NCBI GenBank assembly: GCA_039545335.1
Contig: BCIN01000007.1
Coordinates: forward strand, 744,001 to 808,000
Source: Kondoa subrosea
Taxonomy: Eukaryota
Direction of reading: 5' to 3'
Length of the DNA: 64,000 bases
Shown here: in pieces, positions 1 to 12,178 of the stretch
How positions within the stretch are numbered: position 1 is the first letter of the stretch
How the letters are laid out: every line of letters starts with the position of its first letter
Translations under genes and position numbers: made by a program
Notes under the pieces: generated by a model
The model's database searches: none
What the model was told of the DNA's origin: nothing
Seen by the model: only the letters and a program-made list of their open reading frames with translations

Positions 1-734
1 ATTCAATATCGGATGAACGAGAACATCATGAATTTCCCTTCTTCCGCCCTCTATAACAACGAGTTGACAGCTGCTGAAACCGTCAAGACGAGGCTACTGA
101 CTGACTTACCTGGTGTAAATCAAGATGAAGACTTGTGTAAAGAACCAGTAGTATTCATTGACAGTCAGTCCGCATTTTTTGGCAGGTCAACCAAATTGAT
201 CCTCTCTCTAGCCGCTGGGACGAGCATGTTTGAAAGATCAGACAACGAAGGTGTTAGTACAGACAGCAAATCAAACGAGAACGAAGCTTCCCTGGTAGTT
301 CGACATGTACAAACACTGGTAGATGCGGGCTTGCAGGCCTCGAGCATATCTATCATCTCGCCTTATCAAGCTCAAGTGAATCTACTAGCTTCTACTCTAC
401 GGCCTCGCTTCCCGGAGATGGAAATTGGCTCGGTGGACGGTTTTCAAGGGCGAGAGAACGATGTGGTCATAGTCAGCCTTTGTCGCTCGAATGAAGAAGT
501 GAGCAATTCCATTGGTAATTCTTTCGTGAGAAGCTTACGAAGGACGAACAGCGGGAAGTCGGGTTTCTGCGAGACAATCGACGTCTAAATGTAGCCATGA
601 CAAGACCTCGGCGACAGCTCGTCATAGTAGGCGATTCAGCAACAGTCAGCAATGGTTCTGGGTACCTCAAGGACTGGATGGGTTGGCTAGAAGAAAACGC
701 CGACGTTTCAATGGCAGGTCTGTTGGAAATGTAA
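1..734 (+). CDS. HCS1: Upf1-like SF1 helicase, HCS1/IGHMBP2 (SMUBP-2)-like, 3' part (gene begins before the window)
   Basis: C-terminal helicase motifs IQYRMNE, SKSNENEA, IISPYQAQV, IGSVDGFQGRE and, after an intron at ~499-551, EVGFLRDNRRLNVAMTRPRRQL. Stop TAA at 732-734. Confidence 0.85.
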
Positions 735-750
735 TCAATGCATGGTATTT

Positions 751-1919
751 TTACATGAAAAAATCATCATCGTCTTCTTTTGCTTCCGAAGCTTTAGCTT
801 CTTCCAGAGCTTCAGCACTGAACAATCTATCATACGAACGCTCTTCTTTATCCTTTTGCCATGCTAGTCGAGCTGCTTCCGCTTTCGCCTGGGCATCTTT
901 AGCCGCTGCCTTCTTTACTCGGCTCTCGTCCTTTTGTCTTCTTATGAGACTGAAGAGCTCTTAGCGCACTTACAAGGTAAAAAGACAAGAAAGGTCTTAC
1001 TCTGCCTCGTGATCCACTTCTACTTCCTTCCGGGTCTTATTCAATCTGTTCACTACAGCATTATCCTTGGTCGGGACATGTATTCGCTTGACCTAAATTC
1101 CCGCACAATGAGTATCAACTTGAAACCCCCAAGCATGAAAGCAAACCATCTTTTCCTTGTGGAAAGAAACTTGTCCTACCGCCATATCGCCTGTCTTCTT
1201 TAGATTCGAGGCAGGTGTGTAGATGACTGCCACATTATCCTTCTTTTGTCCCACGAGTCAATTTCAGCCTGATGCCCTAACTTAATGAAAGCAGAAGCGC
1301 ACCTTGTTGCCTTGTATCGAACCCGCTTTAACCAACTGAGCAGCATCCATAGATAAAGACTCAGGTATCGATTCCCAATCCATCCCAGGCGGTAATCGAA
1401 GGTAGATGTGCGGAGAAGAAAGTTTGTCAACATGATACCAGACATCGTTTGGGTAGGCGAATTGGATAAGAGTCTCATCTGATTTTTGCTCTCAGTATCT
1501 GCCCAAGGATCGACGTGAGTTTGGACTAACAAAGGAAAGCAGAGACAATTTACTCAAAGCCCGTAAGAGAGTTCCATACTTACTCTCGAACTAGGACAAG
1601 ATATTCAACCTGAAGCCGGGCAAGAGTAGGACATAAGATCACCTTGTCTTTACCTGCATAACTGTTGAGAACATATCAGTTGTTGATCGAAGACAGAGCA
1701 GAAGAGAGAAGCGGAATGAATGTGAGAAATGGAGAATAAGAGATAGAGCAGGGTAGAGTACGAGAAGAACGAGCCCTAGGAGAAAGAGCTCAAATCAATA
1801 GACTAACATGATTATCGCATCATTGGCATTCAACACTAAATGAAGACCTTTCAGCCTTATACACTGTGCACATCAGGACCTTGTCGCAACACACCTCTTG
1901 ACTCGTAAAACAAGACCAT
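751..1919 (-). CDS. CCDC25: CCDC25/Jlp2-like protein (NFACT-R/DUF814 domain)
   Basis: Spliced reading [56 protein letters not shown]...[13 protein letters not shown]...[23 protein letters not shown]...EDDDFFM*. Includes a 7-nt microexon at 1584-1590. Confidence 0.9.
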
Positions 1920-2021
1920 TTCGCAGAAATCCGAGTTCGATGATCCGCTCTAAGGTGTAACCTTGACTACACTCTTGGTCCTGAACAGTGACTGCCAGAT
2001 ACCTCAGCTGAATACATACCA

Positions 2022-5000
2022 ATGGGGCAGTCTCATTCAGCTACAGCAGCTGATCAACGAGCACAGCCTGAAGCTAACAATGCATCGAATGCAAATGAGG
2101 GTCATGTCGAATCCACTTCGAAAGGCAAACGCAAGTCTTGGAAACGTTCTGTATCTCCATCTATCTCAACTCCATCACATCCTCCGCCTCCGCATGCACC
2201 CTCTACTTCCCAGTTCTCGTCTGAACAACTCAAACCTGCAATGCATAATCGTGCCGATTCAAATGCTACCATTATCGCTAGCACTTCAAAACAGCCTTAT
2301 GCACCTCAAGAGTCTCCTAGTCTGGTAACGAGGAGGAAACGCTGGTCTCTCGGTGCTCGTAGTATTTCAGGTCGTTCAGATATCACCCTTCGACCCGGTC
2401 AAGCTATCGCAGAAGAAGGTCAAACAGAATGCAGCTACCCTCGAACTCTTATGCGAAGATTGACTTCAAGAAGAAAATCACTTTCGAGAGCTTCCATGAC
2501 TGATCTAGCTGCGGCGGCTGAAGACACTCCGGCTCAAGAGGAGTTGCAAGAAGCAGAGAACGAGGTCGTTCCCACACCTAGCTCAGAAACAAGTGATCCG
2601 CTCGCCGAAGAGAGGAGAAAGGCTCAAGAAACCATTGCGGCCGCTTTGAGCCAACTTGCATCTGCTGATGAAATACTGGAGGATAGTAGAGTACGGATGC
2701 CAACAGATGATGACGATTTAGAGCCGTGAGCTCTTCGCAATAACGTGTAAAGCTATTCTCACAGGCTGACGCAGGCCTCTGGAAATCATTCCTATCGATG
2801 ATCAGTCTGACAGTGTGCCTATTCAGCAAGAAGTAGAGGACACACAAATACCAATTGAAGCTCCAGAACCTATACCGCTGCCTTCACAATTTACGTTTGC
2901 AGAGACTGCATCAACCGAGGGTGAATCGAGAGGAGTTGGATCTGAACAGCACTCTACTCCTTTGCCAACAACGATTGAAGAATCACCGATTGTGAACGAA
3001 GCTCCACCGAGTACTACCTCAGCTACGCCCGCTATTCCTGCTCCTAATTCTGCGCCAATCGTCCGCCAATCGCCCTCTCGCAGAATTCTCGTTCAAGGCA
3101 CTATACACACCATTGTTGCGAGCGATGAATCGGAACACCAGACACAACATGCATCCACGCCTTCTGTTCCTTCTTCTGTCGATTCTTATTCACTCGAAGA
3201 CACTTTTATGCATTCAGATACGCCAATCTCGTCAGATCAATCGCAGACACCCTCAGGCCGAGATTTTGGATCCGCTGCTTCTCAAGCTGCTGTGATAGCC
3301 CGACTTCTGGTAGTCGCAAGTGCGGCAACAGCTGGATCGCTTCTTCCTGGTCAAATCAGAATCAATGGGCAAGAGATTGACGGCTTTCCTGGTTTAATTC
3401 AAATGCCCGATTCCAGTATCAGTCAACCAGTTGGTATCCCTGTTCAACCTTCTACTACATCTAGCACTCCTGCCCAGTCTCCTTCAGCTGAAGAATCAAC
3501 AAGTACAAATCGACGAAGATCTTGGTTCAACCCTTTTTCTCCTTCAACGGCTAGTCCGGTCGAGCAGTCGCGTACTGGACCATTGCGAAGACTCCTCTCT
3601 CGTTCTACCTCAACGGCAGCTCAGGCAAGCAACAGCGATCCCGCGCAACATAGTCCGACTGCAGAAAGAGCTATCATTGTTACTCGCGATCAATTCATTA
3701 ATCAGCCTACTCCCTCTCCAGAAGCAACTGAAGGCAGCTTTGAGCGCTTTTTGGCTGATATGACTACCGATGTCGGAATGGCTTTACTGAGAAGTTCTGT
3801 GCGATCAAGACAAGCTCCTCAACCTACTCAAACTGCATCGGATAGTACAGAAGAGGCAGAGGAAGATGGCGATGAGGAGGATGATGAAGATGAAGAAGAA
3901 GCGGATGAAGATGCTGCTCCTCCTGAACCTTTACCTCAAAGTGCAGCTCTTCCTTTGCCTAATCAAATTCCTTCACCTGTACAACAATCGAGGCCGCAAC
4001 CAGGTCGATTTGCTTTCTTCCGTTCCTATCAGTTTCCCAACCACCGAATGGGCGCGGATGGTGTATTGCAGGAAATTGCAACGGAAAACAATCCCTCAAC
4101 TAGTAGCGAAGAACAAAATTCAAGAGGAAATGCAAGTCAACCAGAACGCTCCAACGAAGGTGCAACATTCACGGGTATGCAAAGTTCAGCACCAGCAAGC
4201 GATGTTCAAGAATCTTCCGTCCCTCCTGCCAATTCGTCCAACTCTTCTACGACGGCTCAAGATCCTTCTGCTCCTTCTGCAGTACCTAATTTGAGCGACA
4301 ATATGCCAGCTGGATCGATCGTTACTCCCCTTCTCTTCATTGGTGTCCGCCGACTTCAGTCTCCCTCTTCCGCATCGAACAACAACACCGAAGCAAACAC
4401 TGAATCGCCTTTCGTCCCAGTCAATGCTTCAGATCTACTAAGTGATACAGCGGAGAATAATTCAGGTGATGCAGGTCTGCCAAGTGCTGCTGAAACGGAA
4501 CGCATTCTTCGCACGGGCAGAAGTGAAGGTTTCCTCATTTGGATCGTGAGTGCACTGTCCTAGTCCATCAACACTGGAAGCTGACAGTACATATTCAGGC
4601 TGGAGGCATCTACCCTCAAAATCATCCAATCATTGCTTTACCTGCTTTGTTAGCCGCAGTAGAGTCCAACGCGTCGTACGAAGACTTGATTCGCCTCGGT
4701 GAATTAATCGGAGCTGCCAAAAGCAATACAGCAACCAAAGAAGATATCGCTAGATCAGATCTCAAAATCGTCACTGGAAAAGAAGTGGAAGTACTTAAAG
4801 AACTCGGTCTGGTTTTGGAGAATAGCGCAGAGAAGTGTCGAATCTGTTTGTCCGAGTATGAAGACGACGATCAAGTGCGAATTATGGACTGCAAGCATTG
4901 CTTCCACGTTGAATGTGTTGACACTTGGTTAGTTAAAGGTAGAAACGATTGCCCTATGTGCAGGTCTGAGGTACGTATCCCGAGCTCAGAAGTATACTGC

Positions 5001-5087
5001 AGCTGATTTTGAGTTGCTTTGTAGGGTGTCAAGAAGGCGCCTACACTCAATTCTGAATCATCCATACCAGTGGAAACGGAAGCTTAA
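2022..5087 (+). CDS. RING-H2 finger protein (putative E3 ubiquitin ligase) with a long disordered N-terminus
   Basis: ORFs 2022-2729, 2815-4563 and 4539-5006 join through short GT-AG introns. C-terminal CRICLSEYEDDDQVRIMDCKHCFHVECVDTWLVKGRNDCPMCR, preceded by SYEDLIRLGELIG. Confidence 0.88.
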
Positions 5088-5217
5088 AACTGTATAATTG
5101 TCGCTGTAATTCATTTTTGCATAGAATCTCTCATTTGCATTGCATCATGTAGCATCTGATCTCTAACAATTTACAACGATCGACGACAGGGGAGTTTGGC
5201 TATACATTGCAAGACAG

Positions 5218-6296
5218 CTATAGTACACCGGATTCCTTCAGCTTGCTGATCAGTTCATCCACATCGGCGACCTGCAGACGAGGCGTCAACTCTGGTGCAT
5301 CTTACCTACATGTTTGCATGACGCACCTTTCCTCCACCTTTGCGAGCAGGCGGTGGTACTACTTTGAGCGTTTGCAAGCGCGGCTTGATATCGACTCCAA
5401 GATCAGCTGCCTTCATCTTCTTCATTGGCTTCTTCTTTGCCTGTTCGAAATGAAGAAGCACATAAGCCATCTCAGAAATGACTTGATCGTTTCCCCGAAC
5501 CTTCATGATATTTGGTAGAGAAGCAAAGCGAGGTTCGTTCAGCCGTAAATCAGTAGTAATGAGAGCTGGTAGAGTGCACTTGAGTGTTTCCGATCCTCCA
5601 TCGATTTCTCTATCAACCAAAACCGTCTTGCCTTGCACATCCAGGGTAACTTTGCTTGCGTAATTTGCTTGAGGCCATCCAAGTAATTGACTGAGCATGC
5701 CTCCTACTTGACTGGCATCATCGTCAATCGCTTGTTTGCCCATAATGATCAAATCCGGTTTCTCATCTGTTGCGATCTTATGTAACATTTTCGCTACAGC
5801 TAAAGGTTCAATGATTTCCGAATCCGTTGCTAGTTCAACATGAATAGCTGAATCAGCTCCCATCGCTAAACCAGTTCGTAGAGTATCGGCTGCCTTAGCT
5901 GGACCAATGGAAACGACAGTGATGTTTTCGATGTCCTTCTTCAGCTTTTCTCGTAATCGCAAAGCTTCTTCAACTGCTATTTCATCAAAAGGGTTCTGAA
6001 CACATCCAGAATGAGAAAGCTTGAACGACTGGTAAAAGAAGGGTTTTGATTTACCATTGAGTGCTTGACATTGGCAGTCTCAACGCCAGTCTGAGCTGAA
6101 TTGACTCGTACTTTGCTATGGATTGACTATGAGACACAAAACAGGAGGCAGGATGAAGATCTAAGCGAACACAGCATAATCCACAGTTCTGGGGAAACGC
6201 GATCAGTTCTACTATAGGCGAGCAAACGACTAGCAAGGAGGTGTACCGTTTGACAGGAACTAAAATCTTCAGTAGAGAAGCTGGAGTTGGACGCAT
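5218..6296 (-). CDS. ETFB: Electron transfer flavoprotein beta subunit
   Basis: LKILVPVKR, NPFDEIAVEEALRLRE, GKQAIDDD and DLRLNEPRFASLPNIMK across spliced exons. Confidence 0.95.
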
Positions 6297-6495
6297 CGCG
6301 GTTTGCAGAAGACCTCGCAATGAAACAAAAATACTTTCACATTCTTGTATTCAAAGGGGTGTCTCTCAATTGCATTACTAGATGAATGATGCTACATAAG
6401 TGATTACTTTACAACATTACCTTTCTCTTTGTTAAAGAAATACTCTATATAACGAAAACAAACCAAGTGAAACCCAAATCAAACACACAAAACCA

Positions 6496-8795
6496 TCAGT
6501 AATCATCCCTCTCTGTTCTTCTGCCTCTATCCATCAACTCTTCTCCACTCCTTCTTCGATCTCTACTTGGTGCTCTTGCAGATCTCATAGAAGATCGACT
6601 TCTTGATCTTGAAATAGCTCTGGAAGGGGAAGGAACTTGATCTGACTCCCCATCTGCTTCATTCCCATCTTGTAAAGGTGGTCCCCTAGATCTCGATTGA
6701 CTTCTACTTGATCCACCTCTGCATTTACTGATTGATCGAGCATAAGATGGTGTAGGTGAAGTAGGAGTATCCAAATCAGGCCATTCTTTAACTAACCAAT
6801 CGCATTCCAGTATTCTTTGAATCGTCCATCTTTCTTCAGGTTTCACATTCAAACAACCTTGGAGTAATTGAAGCAAAGCAACTTTTTGTTCCGATTGTGG
6901 TTGTTGTTGATGAGGTCCATGAGCCAATACTTTCGGTAATGACCATTCTCCCTTTTGTATCATCATTCTCAACTTCAGGTCGAACCCATTAGAAAATGGT
7001 AATCTTCCTTCCAACAACGCATGAAGAACACAACCTAAAGCCCAAATATCTACACTTGCGTTCAACACAGGAGCAGTCTGATTAAGTTGTTCAGGTGAAC
7101 AGTAATTCAGTGAACCAGCCACATCTTGTGAATTACTGTACGTTGGCGTTGCATCGAAATCTTGTAAGGAAACAGGAGCGGAATGTTCCTTGTGATGCCC
7201 GTTGTGTTGTTCAGATTCATTCACTCCAGCAACAGCTAATCCAAAATCACCGAGCATAAACGTTCCAGTGGAACTCATCAGGATGTTCTCTAGCTTGACA
7301 TCTCTGTGAGTAACGGATTGACCATGTACGTGAGCTAAGCCATTTGCTACTTGCTTGAAAATATGTCTGGCAGTAGGTAAAGCTAATCCTTGAGGTTGCG
7401 CAACAGAAGCAGAAGTAGCTGTAGAATAAGATCGACGAGATCGGTTGCTGCTTCCAGGAGAAAAGACACCTCCGTTTGCCGCTGAAGTACCAAAATCGTT
7501 GATGTATTGCAAAAGGTTTCCACCTTCGCATTTAGGCATAAAGACATAAGTTGCGGTTTTCGTTTTATGTACGCTGGTTAGTGGAACTACATTTGGATGA
7601 GGAGGAAGTTTTGACCAGACGGAGATTTCTTTGTCCAGATAGGCGTCAAAACGATGCTGACTAACTTTGCCTGGACTGATACTTCGGGATTGAGCTTTAT
7701 TGATGTTCTCGACTGCTGCAGCGAAAGAAGAACTAGCATTGCCAACAGAAGAGAAAGGTATAGGAGTAGAATTAGCTCGATGTCGACTGCTGTCAGTTAT
7801 ATCGAGCAAAACAGGTGACACAACAGGTGAAATTGGAGAAAAGGAAGAATTGTCCATCGGAGTTGTATCATCGTCTTCATCTGGAGTCAGTTGTTCTTGC
7901 TTGATCACTTTCACAGCGCCGATTTCTCCAGTATCCACCTTTGTACATTCCCTCACTACTGAGAATGCACCTACACCAATGGTACGACCTATTCTCCAAC
8001 CAGCGACGACAAATTCTTCATCTCCTTCGCAATCCGTCCAATCATCCGTATCTATTGCAGAGCCTTTGCCAGGACTAGCAAAGCCGGAAAGAAAAGCAGC
8101 TGCTGGAGAACGAGCTGAGGAAAAGGAAGAACCTGCTGACTCATCTCTACCGAAGATGGAATCGGCACCAGAACTTCTAGAAGTAGATCGATGGAGATGT
8201 CTTCCTCTAGGTGGCGAAAGTGAGTCGGTATGTAAGGCAGAAGGATTGGTTCTACTGAAATAACTTGTTCGAGGTTTGTCATACATGCTTGGTTTAGGAG
8301 ATATGGTCATAGGTTCGGCTGTCATCTGCTATCAGAGTGTTCAATGTCTGTATATACACGATGCCCTTTGTAGCTTACTGTTGATGAAGTCTCCCGTCTC
8401 CTGTCATCCAATAATTCCTCATAGCTACGCGCTGCAACGGGCGAACGAGTCCTATATTCCGTCGGTGACAAAGTGCTTGCTTCTTCGCTGCTTGAGACGA
8501 TCTCATTCGAATTGAATCTGGAGTGAGTATGCTCTATTGGCGACAAAGGTTGTAAACGAGAACTTCTTGCTGAAGAAGTACCAGGAATAGCAATAGAGGA
8601 AGAAGTAGAAGAAGACAAGCTTGGATTTCGAGTAGAGCCAACGGAAGAAGACGAAGGAGCTCGACGTCTGTTCAATGCACCTCTTGGATCAAAGGGCGTG
8701 AATTCTTCAGAACCGCTTTCATTGGGTGAGCTAGTAATTGGGCTTGTATCGGCAGGTTTGTAGTTGAGATCAGATTGACTCAAAGCCAGTGCCAT
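6496..8795 (-). CDS. Ser/Thr protein kinase (CAMK-group, Nnk1-like)
   Basis: IGVGAFSVV, AVKVI, THRDVKLENIL, LGDFGLA, GSLNYCSPE and DIWALGCVL. ORF 8322-8795 joins 6496-8325 through an intron at ~8328-8377. Confidence 0.88.
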
Positions 8796-9027
8796 TCAAC
8801 AAGGGAGAAATATCTCTTGCACGCTTGTTTGGTATTTCGGCGCTAAGTGTGGAATCTACGCTAAGCAGGTATACAGGTGCGCTCTCTCAGAGAGAGTGAG
8901 AGGCAAGCACAGAAGACAGGCTTGTATGCTGCTACTGCGTTTGCGGGTATCTTCCAATGTACGTTGTTCGACAAAGAAATCAAAGATCAGATTCGACTCG
9001 CGAAAGTGCCGAGCCACCGAGATCCTG

Positions 9028-10839
9028 TCAAATCATAACATCGGATTGCAGATCTCTATAAACCTCAAGCCAGTCTTTCTCGAACGCGGGCACAGAAAAC
9101 CGCTGTAAGACTGATTCCCTAGCTCTTTGCCTCATTTCCAGCGCACGTTCTTCCGACATGTCGAGTATTCGCGCTATCTGATCTGCAAACTCTTGCGGGT
9201 TTGATGCATGGTATCCTGGAAGTACTATTAGCGGGTTGCTTGAACGTCAACTAGGCCTTTACATACCTGTTGGCTGATCTTTGTACGGTATTACGATATC
9301 AAGCAGTGGTCCAGCAGAAGGATGAACCACGGGTATCAGACCAGCGGCCTGTGATATATAAGTTAGTGAGATGATAAAGATTGGCCGACTAGACTTACCA
9401 TTAGTTCCACTACACTGATTCCGAAATGTTCATCTACCATTGTACTGATGCCAACTGAAGCGCTGCCGAACCAAACCAGTAGCTCAGAGTATGGCGCGTT
9501 GATCAGGAATCGAATGTTGTCCTGTTACAGGAATCAACCTCAACACCACTTCAGATTATAGGCGCATACCTTGACGCCCAAGGTTTCTGCCAATTCTTTC
9601 AATGTTCTGACTCTCTTTTCATCTCCTTCATTCCGCACACTTCCAGCGAGGATGAGTTGCACATCGCTATATTTCTCTTTGACCAGTAAAGCAGCTAGAG
9701 CTCGAATCTGAACAGCATGTTCCTTCTCAGGTCTGTCACATCCCAATCAGCTCTCTCTTCTTCACAAAATCAATGATACACATTACCTGAATTGGGCTAC
9801 ACTCAATATCAATCTTTTCCTTCCTTCCAATGACAAAGTAGCCAAACTGTTCACTTCGCAAGGGGGATAGACGATTCGACTTCTCGCGTTATTTTCCATC
9901 AAGGTGGAAATATGGTTGTTAGTCCAGGTCGAGTTGGTCATCAAATTATCAGAGAGGGAAAGACAAGCGGTATAGAGGATTTTGAAAAGATGATAATAAC
10001 TGTCGCATTTCTCTCAGCGAATGGGAAGACGGAAGAAAAGACATCACACACATCAGTTTACCGTAGCTTAGGACAAATGATTTGGACACTGTTGAGGTAT
10101 TGGTATGACTTGCAGAGCGGGTCTTTACGCGTTGAAGCATGTCTGGGCTGATTGTAGGGTAATGAATATAGCTGCGAATTGGCACACCAGCCAGAGCTTT
10201 GACCACAGGGTAAGAGAAAGCATAGCCCATTGTATCTGCTCGATTGTTAGCTGTTGTCACAATGAAAAAGAGAAGAAGCGAACCGATGAACAGGTCAGGA
10301 ATCAATTGATGCATTGCTTCCCATGCTAAAAACATGCTACCTAAACTTTGGCCTAGCATGGTGAATCTAGGCCAGGTAGTATCTTCTATCCAATGTCTTT
10401 GCTTGAGGAAGACGAAGATCACTCGAGCAGGATCAATAGTGATGGAGAAGCGGTCCTGATGCTCACATTATTTACGTACTCAATCCGCAAGAGCATAGAA
10501 CGCACATGTACTCTCTTTAGGATCTCTTCCTTTGTAGCATCCACATCACCAGAGTAAACAGCGCAAATGACTTTGGGTTCTTCACGTTGTAGGCAAGCTA
10601 TAGCAGTCCATAACACTCGTTCGCCTCCACCTCCTGCATTACTGATACCGGATCAGGCTACAGTTGTGTCCCAGAGAGCGACGGATGTACCAGTAAGGAT
10701 GGAATAAACCCAAGATGATTGACTTGTTATTGCGTTTCAAGGCATTGCGGTGACGAAGACTTGAGCGATAGTACTTTGCAGCTAGGAACAGAAGTGCAAA
10801 GGCATCTAAGAGGCAGAAGAGGATCACAGAAGTGTGCAT
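9028..10839 (-). CDS. ALG11: GDP-Man:Man3GlcNAc2-PP-Dol alpha-1,2-mannosyltransferase
   Basis: N-terminal TM segment, then [52 protein letters not shown] and [14 protein letters not shown]...[11 protein letters not shown]. Confidence 0.95.
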
Positions 10840-11732
10840 GCACTCGCTGAGTTCGAAAAAGGGATCAGCTTGACGAGACACCACGAACGAGTCGGCCCAA
10901 CGAGTCTTGTTCTGCAGGAAGTTGTGTGCTATACTGTCGACTGCTCTGCTGGAGTTCTGCCTGTTCCACTCTCATCAGAACACTACAGGTCGAGCGTACT
11001 TGATCTATCGACTTTCGAGCTGCTATCCTACTCGTCTCTCTTTTGCCTCAAGCTTCTGTGTTCGCATCTCAAGAGATTATTTACATGGAGATTTCAACTG
11101 TGTCTTCCTTGAACTCGAGTTGAGCAAGTCTGAGCAGCAAGAACACCAGACCTCTGCAATACATTGTCTGACTGCTTTAAAACCTACGTCTGATACCGTG
11201 GCCCAGCAATGGGCATCTATCGTCCGTATTGAACTCTAGATCTCGATTTGATAAAGAGAGCCCTGTCTTAGGGATGCAAGAAGTTTGATAACCTTTAACG
11301 GAGCGATTTGACCAAGTTGTTCTTTCTTGTTTCAATTACGGTCATGGTTCGAGGTTCAAATGTCCTTCTGCTTCCCACCGAGAAACGTCTGTCACACTAC
11401 TGCATACTATTCGCCCAAACGACTCATTTGCAGAATGTGTTTGGTAGTGTCTCAGGTGAATAGCTGCAGAAAGAAGGGAAGAGACTGCCGATCCGGACTA
11501 GGCTCTGCCGATTGTCACCTCAAGGAGGGCATTTCAACAGATCGATCTCGTTTGAGTCTCCCTCATGTAAAGATGCGAAGAATGGACGAGATGATATCTC
11601 CCTCTGACTTCGCCCTCTATCTGAGACTATGCCCTGGTCACTTTGTAACATTTCGACCCATAGGCTGATACTGTTGAAGTAGTGATAGCAAAAAGAAGAT
11701 CAAACAGATGAAGTCGCCTCGCCAGCAAAAAT

Positions 11733-11804
11733 CTCTTCGTCCGGGAATTGAACCCGGGTCTTCCGCGTGACAAGCGGAGATACTGACCACTATACTAACA
11801 AAGA
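11733..11804 (-). tRNA. tRNA-Asp (GTC), intronless
   Basis: Reverse complement folds as a cloverleaf: acceptor TCTTTGT/ACGAAGA, D-loop AGTGG, anticodon arm TCCGC-TTGTCAC-GCGGA, T-arm CCGGG-TTCAATT-CCCGG. It is followed by a TTTTT Pol III terminator. Confidence 0.95.
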
Positions 11805-12178
11805 ACCGTTGCCACCCTTACAATTAAGGGGGTTTCCTGCAAGTGGCAAATTACGTTAGCACCAGAATTTGATGAAAACGGAAATGCTTGGATTGAGAGC
11901 GATTTTCACTGTGTGTCAAATCATTCTTAATGGGCTCGTTCTGTAGGACATGTTGCTGCATCAGCGAGGTGCGCGGGGCGAGGGTACTCTTGTACCGTAG
12001 TTGTCGGCTGTAGCTGACTGCGAAAGCAATCGAGAATCTCGTTCCCACGTTTCGTTTGATTTCGTCTTCATCAGAACGACTGCGAACTCAAGAAAATCGC
12101 ATATTAGTCGCAGCCCACGTAACGAAAGCAACAACAATGCAACTGAATTGAACGACACCATTAGGAATAGCGCAACAT

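Noticed and set aside
1662..1807. Poison 14-nt exon (1762-1775) or snoRNA in the unusually long CCDC25 intron
   Set aside because: The upstream sub-intron would be only 32 nt, and no clear C/D or H/ACA boxes were seen.
7700..8263. 187-aa + strand ORF and similar antisense ORFs (e.g. 22947-23369, 34079-34381, 29033-29524)
   Set aside because: These are antisense shadows of well-supported genes.
11327..11668. Small Cys-rich protein between ALG11 and the tRNA
   Set aside because: A spliced Cys-rich frame can be built, but I found no convincing start codon or signal peptide.
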